64,000 nt of DNA, from positions 332,471 through 396,470 of the forward strand of contig JBAXAI010000001.1 in the NCBI GenBank assembly GCA_037142615.1. Direction: 5' to 3'. Position 1 is the first letter of the stretch. Every line of letters begins with the position of its first letter. A program made the translations under genes and the position numbers. The notes beneath the pieces are model-generated. The model worked only from the letters and a program-made list of their open reading frames with translations. It was not told the DNA's origin and did not search any database. The stretch is from Spirochaetales bacterium (GTDB taxonomy: Bacteria > Spirochaetota > Spirochaetia > JABEVK01). Positions 56,708 through 64,000 of this stretch are shown here, piece after piece.

Positions 56708-58777
56708 CTAGACGTCGACGATGCTGAGGTTGAGCCGACCCATCTTGTCGAGCTCGACAAGGCGTACTTTCACGGTCTGGCCCTCTTTGAGGATGTCGCT
56801 CACCGAGTTGACCCGTTCTTTCGACATCTTCGAGATGTGGCAAAGGCCTTCTTTGCCGGGCAGGATTTCGATGAACGCACCAAAGTCCATCAGGCGTTTG
56901 ACCGTTCCGGTGTAAACCCGCCCAACTTCGGGGTCCTGCACCATACCACGGATCTTGGCTTCGGCGATCTCTGCGTTTTCGGCCTTTTTGCTGTAGATGG
57001 TGACGGTACCGTCGTTGTCGATGTTGATCTTTGCGCCGGTTTCCTCGCTGATGCCTTTGATGTTTTTTCCGCCGGGCCCGATGATCAGTCCAATCTTGTC
57101 AGGATCGACCTTCAACGTCAGGATCCGGGGGGCAAAAGAAGAAATCTGAGGTTTGGGAGTCGCCAAAACCTTGTTCATGATGCCCAGGATATGCATTCGG
57201 CCTTCTTTGGCTTGGCTCAGGGCTGTTGTCATGATCTCGCGGGTCACGTTGGACACCTTGATGTCCATCTGGAACCCGGTGATTCCCTTTTCCGTGCCAG
57301 CGACTTTGAAGTCCATGTCGCCCAGATGATCTTCCTCACCCAAAATGTCGGAAAGCACCTTGAACCGCTTGCCATCGGTGACCAAGCCCATCGCAATGCC
57401 TGCGACGGGACGCTTCATCGGTACCCCGGCCGCCAAAAGACTCAGCGAACCGCCGCAAACCGAAGCCATCGACGACGAGCCATTCGACTCAAGAACTTCA
57501 GAAACGACACGAACGGTATACGGGAAACTCGCGTAGTCGGGCAGAACGTTCTGAAGAGAACGCTGGGCCAAGTGTCCGTGGCCGATTTCGCGGCGGCCCG
57601 TCGACAAGCGGCCCGTTTCACCCACCGAGAACGGGGGGAAGTTGTAATGCAGCATGAAGGTAGCGCGCTTGTCGCCATCGATGGTGTCCATGATCTGCTC
57701 GTCGAACACCGTACCGAGGGTCGATACAGCCAGAGCCTGGGTTTCACCGCGGGTGAACAGGGCCGAACCGTGGGTACGCGGCAGGAGGTCGATTTCACAC
57801 GCGATGGGACGGATCTCGCTGGTGTTGCGACCATCACAGCGAAGATTCTTCGCGAGAATGCTCTCGCGAAGGATGTCGCGTTCCATGTCGTCGATGAGGG
57901 CGCTGATCAGGCCCGTTTCGCCTTCCGGGACCGAAGCGTCGAACTGGGCGTGCACTTCCTTGGCGACGGCCTTGATGGCGGCCACGCGCTCGAACTTGCC
58001 CTTGACGAAGCAGGCGGTTTCCATCTTGGCGGTGGCCCACTTTTCGATCTCGGGCTTGTTGGCCAGAGTCTTTTCGGCAAAGTTGGGCATGGGCAGCTTG
58101 GCCTTGCCGCAAAGCTTCACCAGTTCGTGCTGGATAGCGCAGAGCTGCTTGATGTAGCCCTCGGCCATTTCGATGGCGGCGAGCAGCATTTCCTCGGGAA
58201 CTTCCTTGGCTCCGCCTTCCACCATCGTGATCCCAGCTTCGGTGCCGGCAACGACGATTTCGCACTCCGACGCTTCGATCTCCTCAAAGGTCGGGTTGAC
58301 GATGAGTTCACCCTTGACGCTGGCAATACGCACTGCCGCCACGGGGCCTTCAAACGGAATGTCGGAAATCGCGACTGCCGCAAAAGCGGCAATCATTCCC
58401 ACCACGTCAGGAGGATTGATCTGGTCGGCCGAGATAGTGGTCGGCACCACTTGGATCTCACGGGCAAACTTCTTGTCGAACAAGGGCCTCATCGGGCGGT
58501 CGATCAGACGGGAGACCAGAATCTCCTTGTCGCGGGGACGGGCTTCGCGCTTGAGAAAGCCACCGGGAATCTTTCCGGCAGCGTAGTACTTCTCGTTGTA
58601 TTCCACGGAGAGAGGAACGAAATCCAACCCTTCCGTCGGGCTCGAAGCACAGCAGACCGTGGCCAAGACAACCGAACCGCCGTAGGTGGCGTAAATCGCG
58701 CCGTTGGCTTGTTTGGCCATCTTTCCTGTTTCCAGGATGAGTTCTTCTTTGCCCAGTTTCAGGCGTACTTGATGCAT
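56708..58777 (-). CDS. pnp: Polyribonucleotide nucleotidyltransferase (PNPase)
   Basis: Two RNase PH-like domains, a KH domain ([22 protein letters not shown]) and a C-terminal S1 domain ([20 protein letters not shown]). 689 aa. Confidence 0.9.
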   Translation of the reverse strand: MHQVRLKLGKEELILETGKMAKQANGAIYATYGGSVVLATVCCASSPTEGLDFVPLSVEYNEKYYAAGKIPGGFLKREARPRDKEILVSRLIDRPMRPLFDKKFAREIQVVPTTISADQINPPDVVGMIAAFAAVAISDIPFEGPVAAVRIASVKGELIVNPTFEEIEASECEIVVAGTEAGITMVEGGAKEVPEEMLLAAIEMAEGYIKQLCAIQHELVKLCGKAKLPMPNFAEKTLANKPEIEKWATAKMETACFVKGKFERVAAIKAVAKEVHAQFDASVPEGETGLISALIDDMERDILRESILAKNLRCDGRNTSEIRPIACEIDLLPRTHGSALFTRGETQALAVSTLGTVFDEQIMDTIDGDKRATFMLHYNFPPFSVGETGRLSTGRREIGHGHLAQRSLQNVLPDYASFPYTVRVVSEVLESNGSSSMASVCGGSLSLLAAGVPMKRPVAGIAMGLVTDGKRFKVLSDILGEEDHLGDMDFKVAGTEKGITGFQMDIKVSNVTREIMTTALSQAKEGRMHILGIMNKVLATPKPQISSFAPRILTLKVDPDKIGLIIGPGGKNIKGISEETGAKINIDNDGTVTIYSKKAENAEIAEAKIRGMVQDPEVGRVYTGTVKRLMDFGAFIEILPGKEGLCHISKMSKERVNSVSDILKEGQTVKVRLVELDKMGRLNLSIVDV

Positions 58778-58787
58778 GGGTTTTCCT

Positions 58788-59057
58788 TTACTTTCTCAGG
58801 CCCAGTTTCTCGATCAGGGCGCGGTAGCCAGCCAAGTTGGTGGTCTGCAAGTAGCGGAGCAACCGGCGGCGCTGGCCGACGAGCTGAAGCAACCCTCGAC
58901 GACTATTGTGGTCCTTCTTCGAAATCTTGAAGTGCTCGGTCAGATACTGGATCCGTGCAGTGATCAGCGCGATTTGGACTTCGGTCGAACCGGTGTTGGC
59001 GGCGGCGCCGCCGAAATCGGCGACAATTTTCGCCTTTTCTTCTTTACTAAGTGCCAT
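58788..59057 (-). CDS. rpsO: 30S ribosomal protein S15
   Basis: [16 protein letters not shown]...[22 protein letters not shown]...HNSRRGLL is S15. Internal ATG chosen. Confidence 0.9.
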   Translation of the reverse strand: MALSKEEKAKIVADFGGAAANTGSTEVQIALITARIQYLTEHFKISKKDHNSRRGLLQLVGQRRRLLRYLQTTNLAGYRALIEKLGLRK

Positions 59058-59871
59058 TCTGTACTCCTTGTACAAAAACAATGTGCTCCAAACGTTCTCC
59101 CGGGGGAGACTCCCAGGTCAGGTCAGTTTCATTGACCGTCAAAAGCGTCGTTCGATCGTTGAGCCGACACTGGTAGAGACCGTTGGCCGGAACCAAGGTC
59201 TCGAACTCGTTCTTCGGGGCCCGCAAAAGGGTACCCAAACGTCGGTGGCTGGTCACCGGCAGATCATATTCCCGGCCGAGCAACTGGTTGGCCAAGAAAA
59301 TATCGCCACTTGCCAGCGCCCTCCGAATGCGAGAACTGCTCACGGCCTCTCCGGCAACGACAAACGGTGGAACCACCGTCAGTCGGGTCTGAGGGTCCGC
59401 CAGCCAACCGAGATCCGAAGCCGTTGTCCCAGAACCACTCCCAAAGGAAAAGTTCCAGCCCAGAACCAGCTTGCTGAACACGATAGACTTCTTCAGGACA
59501 AGGAAAAAATCCCTCCCGGCCATCTTACCGAAATCCGCTGAAAAGTCAATTGCGACAACGACTTCGACACCGAGTGCCTCAAGGGTGGCCAGCTTTCTTT
59601 CCCAGGTCATGAGATCGCCTGGATACTGGAGTTGGAGCACTTTCTTGGGGCTGGTCCGGAAGGTGATGACAAGAGGTCTTGCGTCCGGATACAGCGGGTT
59701 GTCGCGCACCTGCAACAAGTCCACCAGCGACCGGTGACCGAGGTGCAGACCATCGAAGACCCCGATCGTCGCGTTCCACGCCCCCGCCAGAACGTCGGTT
59801 CGACCAGTCAGCAGGTCCTGCCATTCGAGAACTCTCACGGGAGCGCCGCCTGAACGAAAACATAGGACCAA
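59047..59871 (-). CDS. ribF: Bifunctional riboflavin kinase / FMN adenylyltransferase
   Basis: [16 protein letters not shown] (nucleotidyltransferase motif) and a C-terminal riboflavin kinase region (GREYDLPVT...NGLYQ). Confidence 0.8.
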   Translation of the reverse strand: MVLCFRSGGAPVRVLEWQDLLTGRTDVLAGAWNATIGVFDGLHLGHRSLVDLLQVRDNPLYPDARPLVITFRTSPKKVLQLQYPGDLMTWERKLATLEALGVEVVVAIDFSADFGKMAGRDFFLVLKKSIVFSKLVLGWNFSFGSGSGTTASDLGWLADPQTRLTVVPPFVVAGEAVSSSRIRRALASGDIFLANQLLGREYDLPVTSHRRLGTLLRAPKNEFETLVPANGLYQCRLNDRTTLLTVNETDLTWESPPGERLEHIVFVQGVQNGT

Positions 59872-60707
59872 CGCCCCGCGCGACGTTCCACCACGGCACC
59901 CAAACGACCGGCCGAGTCCACCAAGGCCGCTCTCTCCTGCGGTAGGTCCATCAGTTCTGAGGACTGCCTCAACGGATCAAGACCTCTGCTGACTCCGTCC
60001 AGGTCGCGAACTTCCAGCAACGGAATATCGAGAATCTTCAGGGTTTCGTGCTCGTCCATAAAAACCTGCGGTTGCTCGGGCAAGGAGAAGGGACCAACAC
60101 GATGGCGGATCAACCGGCTCACGAAGGCACCGCATCCCGCCAATCTACCCCAGTCCCTCGCCAACGAACGGATGTAGGTACCCTTAGAGCAATGCACCCG
60201 AAGCGTCAGCACGGGGTTGGCCCAGCGAACGACGTCGAGTTCGTGCACAGTGATCGCTCGAGGGGGAATTTCCGGGCTCTCGCCGTCGCGAACTCTCTGG
60301 TAGGCGCGTTTTCCGTCGATGTGGACCGCGCTATATTGAGGAGGCACCTGATTCAACACACCCCGGAACTGGTTAGCATACGAAAGAAGCGATTCCAAGG
60401 GTGGAACAGGCCCTTCTGAGACCGTCGTGCCTTCGGGATCCAGGGTTGTTGTTTCCCTGCCGAAGGTAAAATCCGCCTCGTAGACTTTGTCAAAATCGGT
60501 GAAGAACGGTGTGAACTTGGTGAACTTCCCCGTCAAGACAACCAAAAGTCCCTGGGCGAACTGGTCCAAGGTCCCGGTGTGACCCAAGACCGTTCCATAT
60601 TCCCGTTTCAGGGGATAGAGCGCCTGAAACGAAGTGACTCCGGGCCGCTTGTTCAGCAGGATCATCCCGTTGGGAGTCGGCCTCTTGTCAGGAACGGTTG
60701 GCCTCAT
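59835..60707 (-). CDS. truB: tRNA pseudouridine(55) synthase
   Basis: GMILLNKRPGVTSFQAL...LGHTGTLDQFAQGLLVVLTGKFTK is the TruB catalytic Asp motif. Confidence 0.85.
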   Translation of the reverse strand: MRPTVPDKRPTPNGMILLNKRPGVTSFQALYPLKREYGTVLGHTGTLDQFAQGLLVVLTGKFTKFTPFFTDFDKVYEADFTFGRETTTLDPEGTTVSEGPVPPLESLLSYANQFRGVLNQVPPQYSAVHIDGKRAYQRVRDGESPEIPPRAITVHELDVVRWANPVLTLRVHCSKGTYIRSLARDWGRLAGCGAFVSRLIRHRVGPFSLPEQPQVFMDEHETLKILDIPLLEVRDLDGVSRGLDPLRQSSELMDLPQERAALVDSAGRLGAVVERRAGRWSYVFVQAALP

Positions 60708-61038
60708 CGATCAGTCGGTTGAGCTCCATCGACTTTTGAATGGAGTCATCGACAAAGAAGGCCAGTCGAGGCGTCGACCGCATGGCGAGCTTTTTGCCCA
60801 GGGTGCCTTGGATGAACCCCGACGCATGATTCAAGGCCTCCACGGCCTTCTCGACCGTGGAATCCTTTTGGAACGAACTGACATACACTTTGGCCTGACT
60901 GAGGTCGTTGCTGACTTTGACCAGGTTGATGGAAAGAAATGTGCTCACCCGGGGGTCTTTGATCTCCTGAGTCAGAATCATCTGGCTCAGAATCCCCTGG
61001 ATGAGACTTTCCACTTTCTTTGTGCGAACCTCTTTCAT
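60688..61038 (-). CDS. rbfA: Ribosome-binding factor A
   Basis: 116 aa. RTKKVESLIQGILSQMIL...DPRV..FLSINLVKVSNDLSQAKVYVS is RbfA. Confidence 0.8.
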   Translation of the reverse strand: MKEVRTKKVESLIQGILSQMILTQEIKDPRVSTFLSINLVKVSNDLSQAKVYVSSFQKDSTVEKAVEALNHASGFIQGTLGKKLAMRSTPRLAFFVDDSIQKSMELNRLIDEANRS

Positions 61039-61041
61039 CCG

Positions 61042-63939
61042 TTACCTGGCGTCGGCCGACTTGGACTCCGCAGGCTTCTTCTTTGCCTCAGCAGCCAGAG
61101 TCTCGGCAATGGTAGGGCCAAGCTTCTTCGCAATCTTGGTCTGCTCCACAACTTCAAAAATGTCCCCCACCCGCACATCGGTGTAATTGTCGACACTGAC
61201 ACCACACTCGAAGCCTTCCACGACTTCCTTGGCATCATCCTTGAACCTTCGGAGCGAGGCCACCTTTCCGGTGTAAATCTGAACGCTGTCACGCAGAACG
61301 TTGACAATCGACGTTCGCTTGATCTTACCAGAGGTGACCATACAACCGGCAACCAGACCGATCTTGGGCACCTTGATCGTATCGCGGACTTCGACTTGAC
61401 CGATGACTTCTTCCTTGACTTCGGGAGCCAACATCCCTTCCATGGCGCTGCGAATGTCTTCCACGCAGTCATAGATGATGTTGTACTTGCGGATCTCAAC
61501 CTTTTCGCGTTCCGAGAGTTGCAAGGCCTTGGGCGTCGGGCGGACGTGGAAGCCGATGATGATGGCCTGAGAGGCCATCGCCAGCGTCACGTCGTGTTCG
61601 ATGATGGCACCAGCCGAAGCATGGATCACGTTCACGCGGATCTCCATGGTCGACAGCTTCTCGAGGGCGGCCTGCAGGGCCTCCACCGAACCGTGCACGT
61701 CACCCTTGATGATGACCTTGATTTCCTGCACCTCACCGGCCTTGATGGTCGTATAGAGGTTGGCCAAAGTGACCTTCTTGACGTTGCGTGCTTCTTCAAA
61801 CTTGCTGAGGTCCTGACGTTTCTCGCTGATTTCACGCGAGGTTCGCTCATCTTCGGTGACGTTGAACGGATCGCCTGCGCCCGGAATACCGTTGAAGCCG
61901 AGAATCTCAACCGGCATCGAGGGCCCGGCTTCCTTGACCGGCTTGCCGCGGTCGTCAAACATGGCCCTTACCTTGCCAGGGAACACGCCACCGACAAAAT
62001 AGTCACCAACCTTGAGTACACCTTTCTGCACCAGCACCGAGGCCACTACGCCGCGGCCCTGATCGATCTTCGACTCGATCACCTTGCCCTCTGCCCGGCG
62101 TTTGCGGCTGGCTGTCAGTTCCATGACTTCTGCCTGAAGCAAGATCGCGTCGAGGAGTTCATCCAGACCGAGGCGTTTGAGCGCCGAAATCTGGCAGTAC
62201 ATGGTCGAACCACCCCAAGCTTCGGGAATCAGTCCGTAGTCAGAAAGCTGCTGCATCACCTTGTCGGGATTCGCCTCGGGAAGGTCGACCTTGTTGATCG
62301 CGACGATGATGGGAACCTTGGCGTCTTTGGCGTGATTGATGGCTTCAACCGTTTGAGGCATCACGCCGTCGTTAGCTGCGACGACCAGAACGACGATATC
62401 CGTGATCTGAGCACCGCGCGCTCTCATCAGAGTAAACGCTTCGTGACCAGGGGTATCCAAGAAGGTGACTTCTCCCTTCTCGTGCGAAACCCGGTAGGCA
62501 CCGATGTGTTGGGTGATTCCGCCGTGCTCGCCTCCCGCCACGTTCGTAGTGCGGATGGAGTCGAGGAGTTTCGTCTTCCCGTGGTCGACGTGGCCCATGA
62601 TGGTCACGATGGGCGGACGGTGAACAAGGTCTTCGGCATCGTCAGTTTCGGTCTCGATAACGGTTTCATCGTACAACGAAACGATCTTGACCTCGGTTCC
62701 GTACTCCGAGGCGAGAATCTGGGCCGTCTCGGCATCGATCTGCTCGTTGATCGTCACCATCATTCCCATGGCCATGAGTTTACCGATCAGAGTCGAGGCT
62801 TTGAGGTTCATCTTTCGGGCCAATTCGGCAACCGTGATGACTTCCATGATCTCGACTTCTTTGGGAACAGGATTCGCCTTGGCCTGTTGCTTCTTCATGA
62901 ACTGGTAGGCTTTGTCGAGCTGCTCTTTCTCTTTGTCGCGAATGTAGTTCTTTTCTTTCTTGGAGCGGAATTTCTTCGGCTGGCTACCCTTGGTCAGATC
63001 GACCGGAGGAGGAGTTCCCGGACCGCCGGGACGCGGGCCGTAGCCGGGACCGCCGGGACGCGGACCATAGCCGGGACCACCAGGACGCGGACCATAGCCG
63101 GGACCACCTGGACGGGGGCCGAAACCGGGACCGCCGGGACGCGGACCATAGCCAGGACCACCCTGACCCTGAGGACGAGGACCGTAATTGTTTCCTTGGT
63201 AGCCCTGACCTGGAGGCCGGTCACCATAGGGTCGAGGAGGACCGCCTGGAGCTCCGGGACCCTGAGGACGGGGACCATAATTATTGCCTTGGTAGCCTTG
63301 ACCCGGTGGCCGATCGCCAGGACCGGAACCCCAGCGGTTGGGAGGACGGTCGCCGTAAGGACGAGGTGCACCCGGTGCGCCTTGTCCTTGACCTTGAGGC
63401 CGGTCACCCCAGCGGGGGGGAGGTCGGTCCCCGGGGTTGCCACCGGGACCGATGGGGCTGGGACCCTGGGGACGAGGCTCGCCCCACCGGTTGGCGGGCC
63501 GGTCGCCATAAGGAGGCCGGGGGCCCTGTTCGCGGGGTGGACGTCCACTCTCTATCCTGAGCCCTTCGGGCTTGGGGCGATTGACGTCGGGCTGTACGTG
63601 ACGCATTTCCTGAGGACGCTTGGCGGCGAACTCAGCGACCTTCTGCGCCGTCAGTCGGGACTCGGGCGACACGAGACGGTCACCTGGTTTGACGGCGGGA
63701 GCTGACGAAGGCTCCTTGGCCGTGGGAATTGCGGGAACCGAGGGAGCCGCAGCGGCGGGGGAAGCTTCGTCGCGATGGACGGCAACCACTTTCTTGACCA
63801 CCGTCTTCTTCTTGACGACGACGACGGCCTTGCGCTTTTCGCTGTCCGAAACCGCTTCGGGAGCCGCAGCAGATACGGAAGGCTTTTCGTGCTTAATGAG
63901 AGTGGCCTTGGGCTTCTTGTTTTCCAATTCGTCAGACAT
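61042..63939 (-). CDS. infB: Translation initiation factor IF-2 with long Gly/Pro-rich repetitive N-terminal region
   Basis: G-domain [16 protein letters not shown]...DTPGHEAF...NKVD and conserved C-terminal domains. Residues about 130-310 are low-complexity GPRPGGPGY-type repeats. Confidence 0.9.
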   Translation of the reverse strand: MSDELENKKPKATLIKHEKPSVSAAAPEAVSDSEKRKAVVVVKKKTVVKKVVAVHRDEASPAAAAPSVPAIPTAKEPSSAPAVKPGDRLVSPESRLTAQKVAEFAAKRPQEMRHVQPDVNRPKPEGLRIESGRPPREQGPRPPYGDRPANRWGEPRPQGPSPIGPGGNPGDRPPPRWGDRPQGQGQGAPGAPRPYGDRPPNRWGSGPGDRPPGQGYQGNNYGPRPQGPGAPGGPPRPYGDRPPGQGYQGNNYGPRPQGQGGPGYGPRPGGPGFGPRPGGPGYGPRPGGPGYGPRPGGPGYGPRPGGPGTPPPVDLTKGSQPKKFRSKKEKNYIRDKEKEQLDKAYQFMKKQQAKANPVPKEVEIMEVITVAELARKMNLKASTLIGKLMAMGMMVTINEQIDAETAQILASEYGTEVKIVSLYDETVIETETDDAEDLVHRPPIVTIMGHVDHGKTKLLDSIRTTNVAGGEHGGITQHIGAYRVSHEKGEVTFLDTPGHEAFTLMRARGAQITDIVVLVVAANDGVMPQTVEAINHAKDAKVPIIVAINKVDLPEANPDKVMQQLSDYGLIPEAWGGSTMYCQISALKRLGLDELLDAILLQAEVMELTASRKRRAEGKVIESKIDQGRGVVASVLVQKGVLKVGDYFVGGVFPGKVRAMFDDRGKPVKEAGPSMPVEILGFNGIPGAGDPFNVTEDERTSREISEKRQDLSKFEEARNVKKVTLANLYTTIKAGEVQEIKVIIKGDVHGSVEALQAALEKLSTMEIRVNVIHASAGAIIEHDVTLAMASQAIIIGFHVRPTPKALQLSEREKVEIRKYNIIYDCVEDIRSAMEGMLAPEVKEEVIGQVEVRDTIKVPKIGLVAGCMVTSGKIKRTSIVNVLRDSVQIYTGKVASLRRFKDDAKEVVEGFECGVSVDNYTDVRVGDIFEVVEQTKIAKKLGPTIAETLAAEAKKKPAESKSADAR
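63018..63330. repeat. Imperfect in-frame tandem 27-nt repeats (plus longer nested repeats) inside the infB N-terminal region
   Basis: Units such as CCGGGACCGCCGGGACGCGGACCATAG recur head-to-tail, encoding [10 protein letters not shown] longer unit encoding [18 protein letters not shown] appears twice. Confidence 0.6.
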
Positions 63940-63945
63940 AATCTG

Positions 63946-64000
63946 TTATTTTTCCTCGGTTTCCTCTTCCTCAATCTCAAAACTCAAGCCGACTTTGCAG
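63946..64000 (-). CDS. 3' end of an upstream minus-strand ORF (acidic C-terminus ...KVGLSFEIEEEETEEK); partial, unidentified
   Basis: Reading the minus strand in frame gives a run ending in a TAA stop at 63946-63948. At this position most bacteria carry nusA, ylxR or an L7Ae-like gene upstream of infB. Confidence 0.25.
   Translation of the reverse strand, partial: CKVGLSFEIEEEETEEK

Noticed and set aside
56420-58930. 836-aa ORF on the plus strand
   Set aside because: It lies entirely antisense to pnp and rpsO, which are unambiguous conserved genes. Long antisense ORFs are expected at this GC content. The translation is low-complexity (Gly/Arg/Asp-rich) with no protein-like motifs.
63018-63330. 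Tandem repeats that might be mistaken for a CRISPR or minisatellite locus
   Set aside because: The repeats are in-frame, coding (IF-2 Gly/Pro region) and not interspersed with unique spacers. No cas genes anywhere in the window.
60634-63705. 1023-aa ORF on the plus strand
   Set aside because: Antisense to infB. Its length is a by-product of the GC-rich repetitive Gly/Pro-coding region of IF-2, and its translation is low-complexity.

Overview
The window is a GC-rich bacterial chromosomal segment, densely coded on both strands, made up almost entirely of conserved core genes. Synteny and two gene architectures point to a spirochete (Treponema/Spirochaeta-like) genome: a cmk-rpsA fusion and a GreA of about 890 aa. 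Core clusters recognised, in order:
- ffh(3' end)-rpsP-KH-rimM-trmD-rplS
- coaD, then rpmF-acpP-rnc, with a convergent CCA-adding enzyme gene
- thiamine pyrophosphokinase - large hypothetical - small membrane protein - glgA - tRNA-Thr - tRNA-Tyr - YkgJ-like - MBL hydrolase
- mltG-dnaG-rpoD-Zn-ribbon protein, followed by RNase P RNA (rnpB)
- TPR protein - mreB-mreC-mreD-mrdA-rodA
- on the minus strand: infB-rbfA-truB-ribF-rpsO-pnp-M16 peptidase-beta-propeller protein-lptF/G x2-tgt-murJ-HEAT protein
- on the minus strand: scpA-scpB-rluB-cmk/rpsA, plus folK and recA
- rpe, then hypothetical-greA
No transposases, integrases, CRISPR arrays or obvious defence genes were seen. The most plausible candidate for an undescribed system is a translationally coupled five-gene minus-strand operon (28247-33848): a GAF-containing sigma-54 activator, a YfgM-like TPR membrane anchor, a CHASE2 class III adenylate cyclase, a lipoprotein and a small 3-TM protein. 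Other loci worth a second look: a TPR / secreted / TPR triad between recA and rpe (40033-43107); a 582-aa orphan protein with a -24/-12-like motif upstream of glgA; a FliK-like/FlhB-C-terminal-like pair downstream of rplS; an HD-GYP-YraN-small protein operon. All calls rest on reading the translated ORFs and sequence motifs directly; no database search was run.
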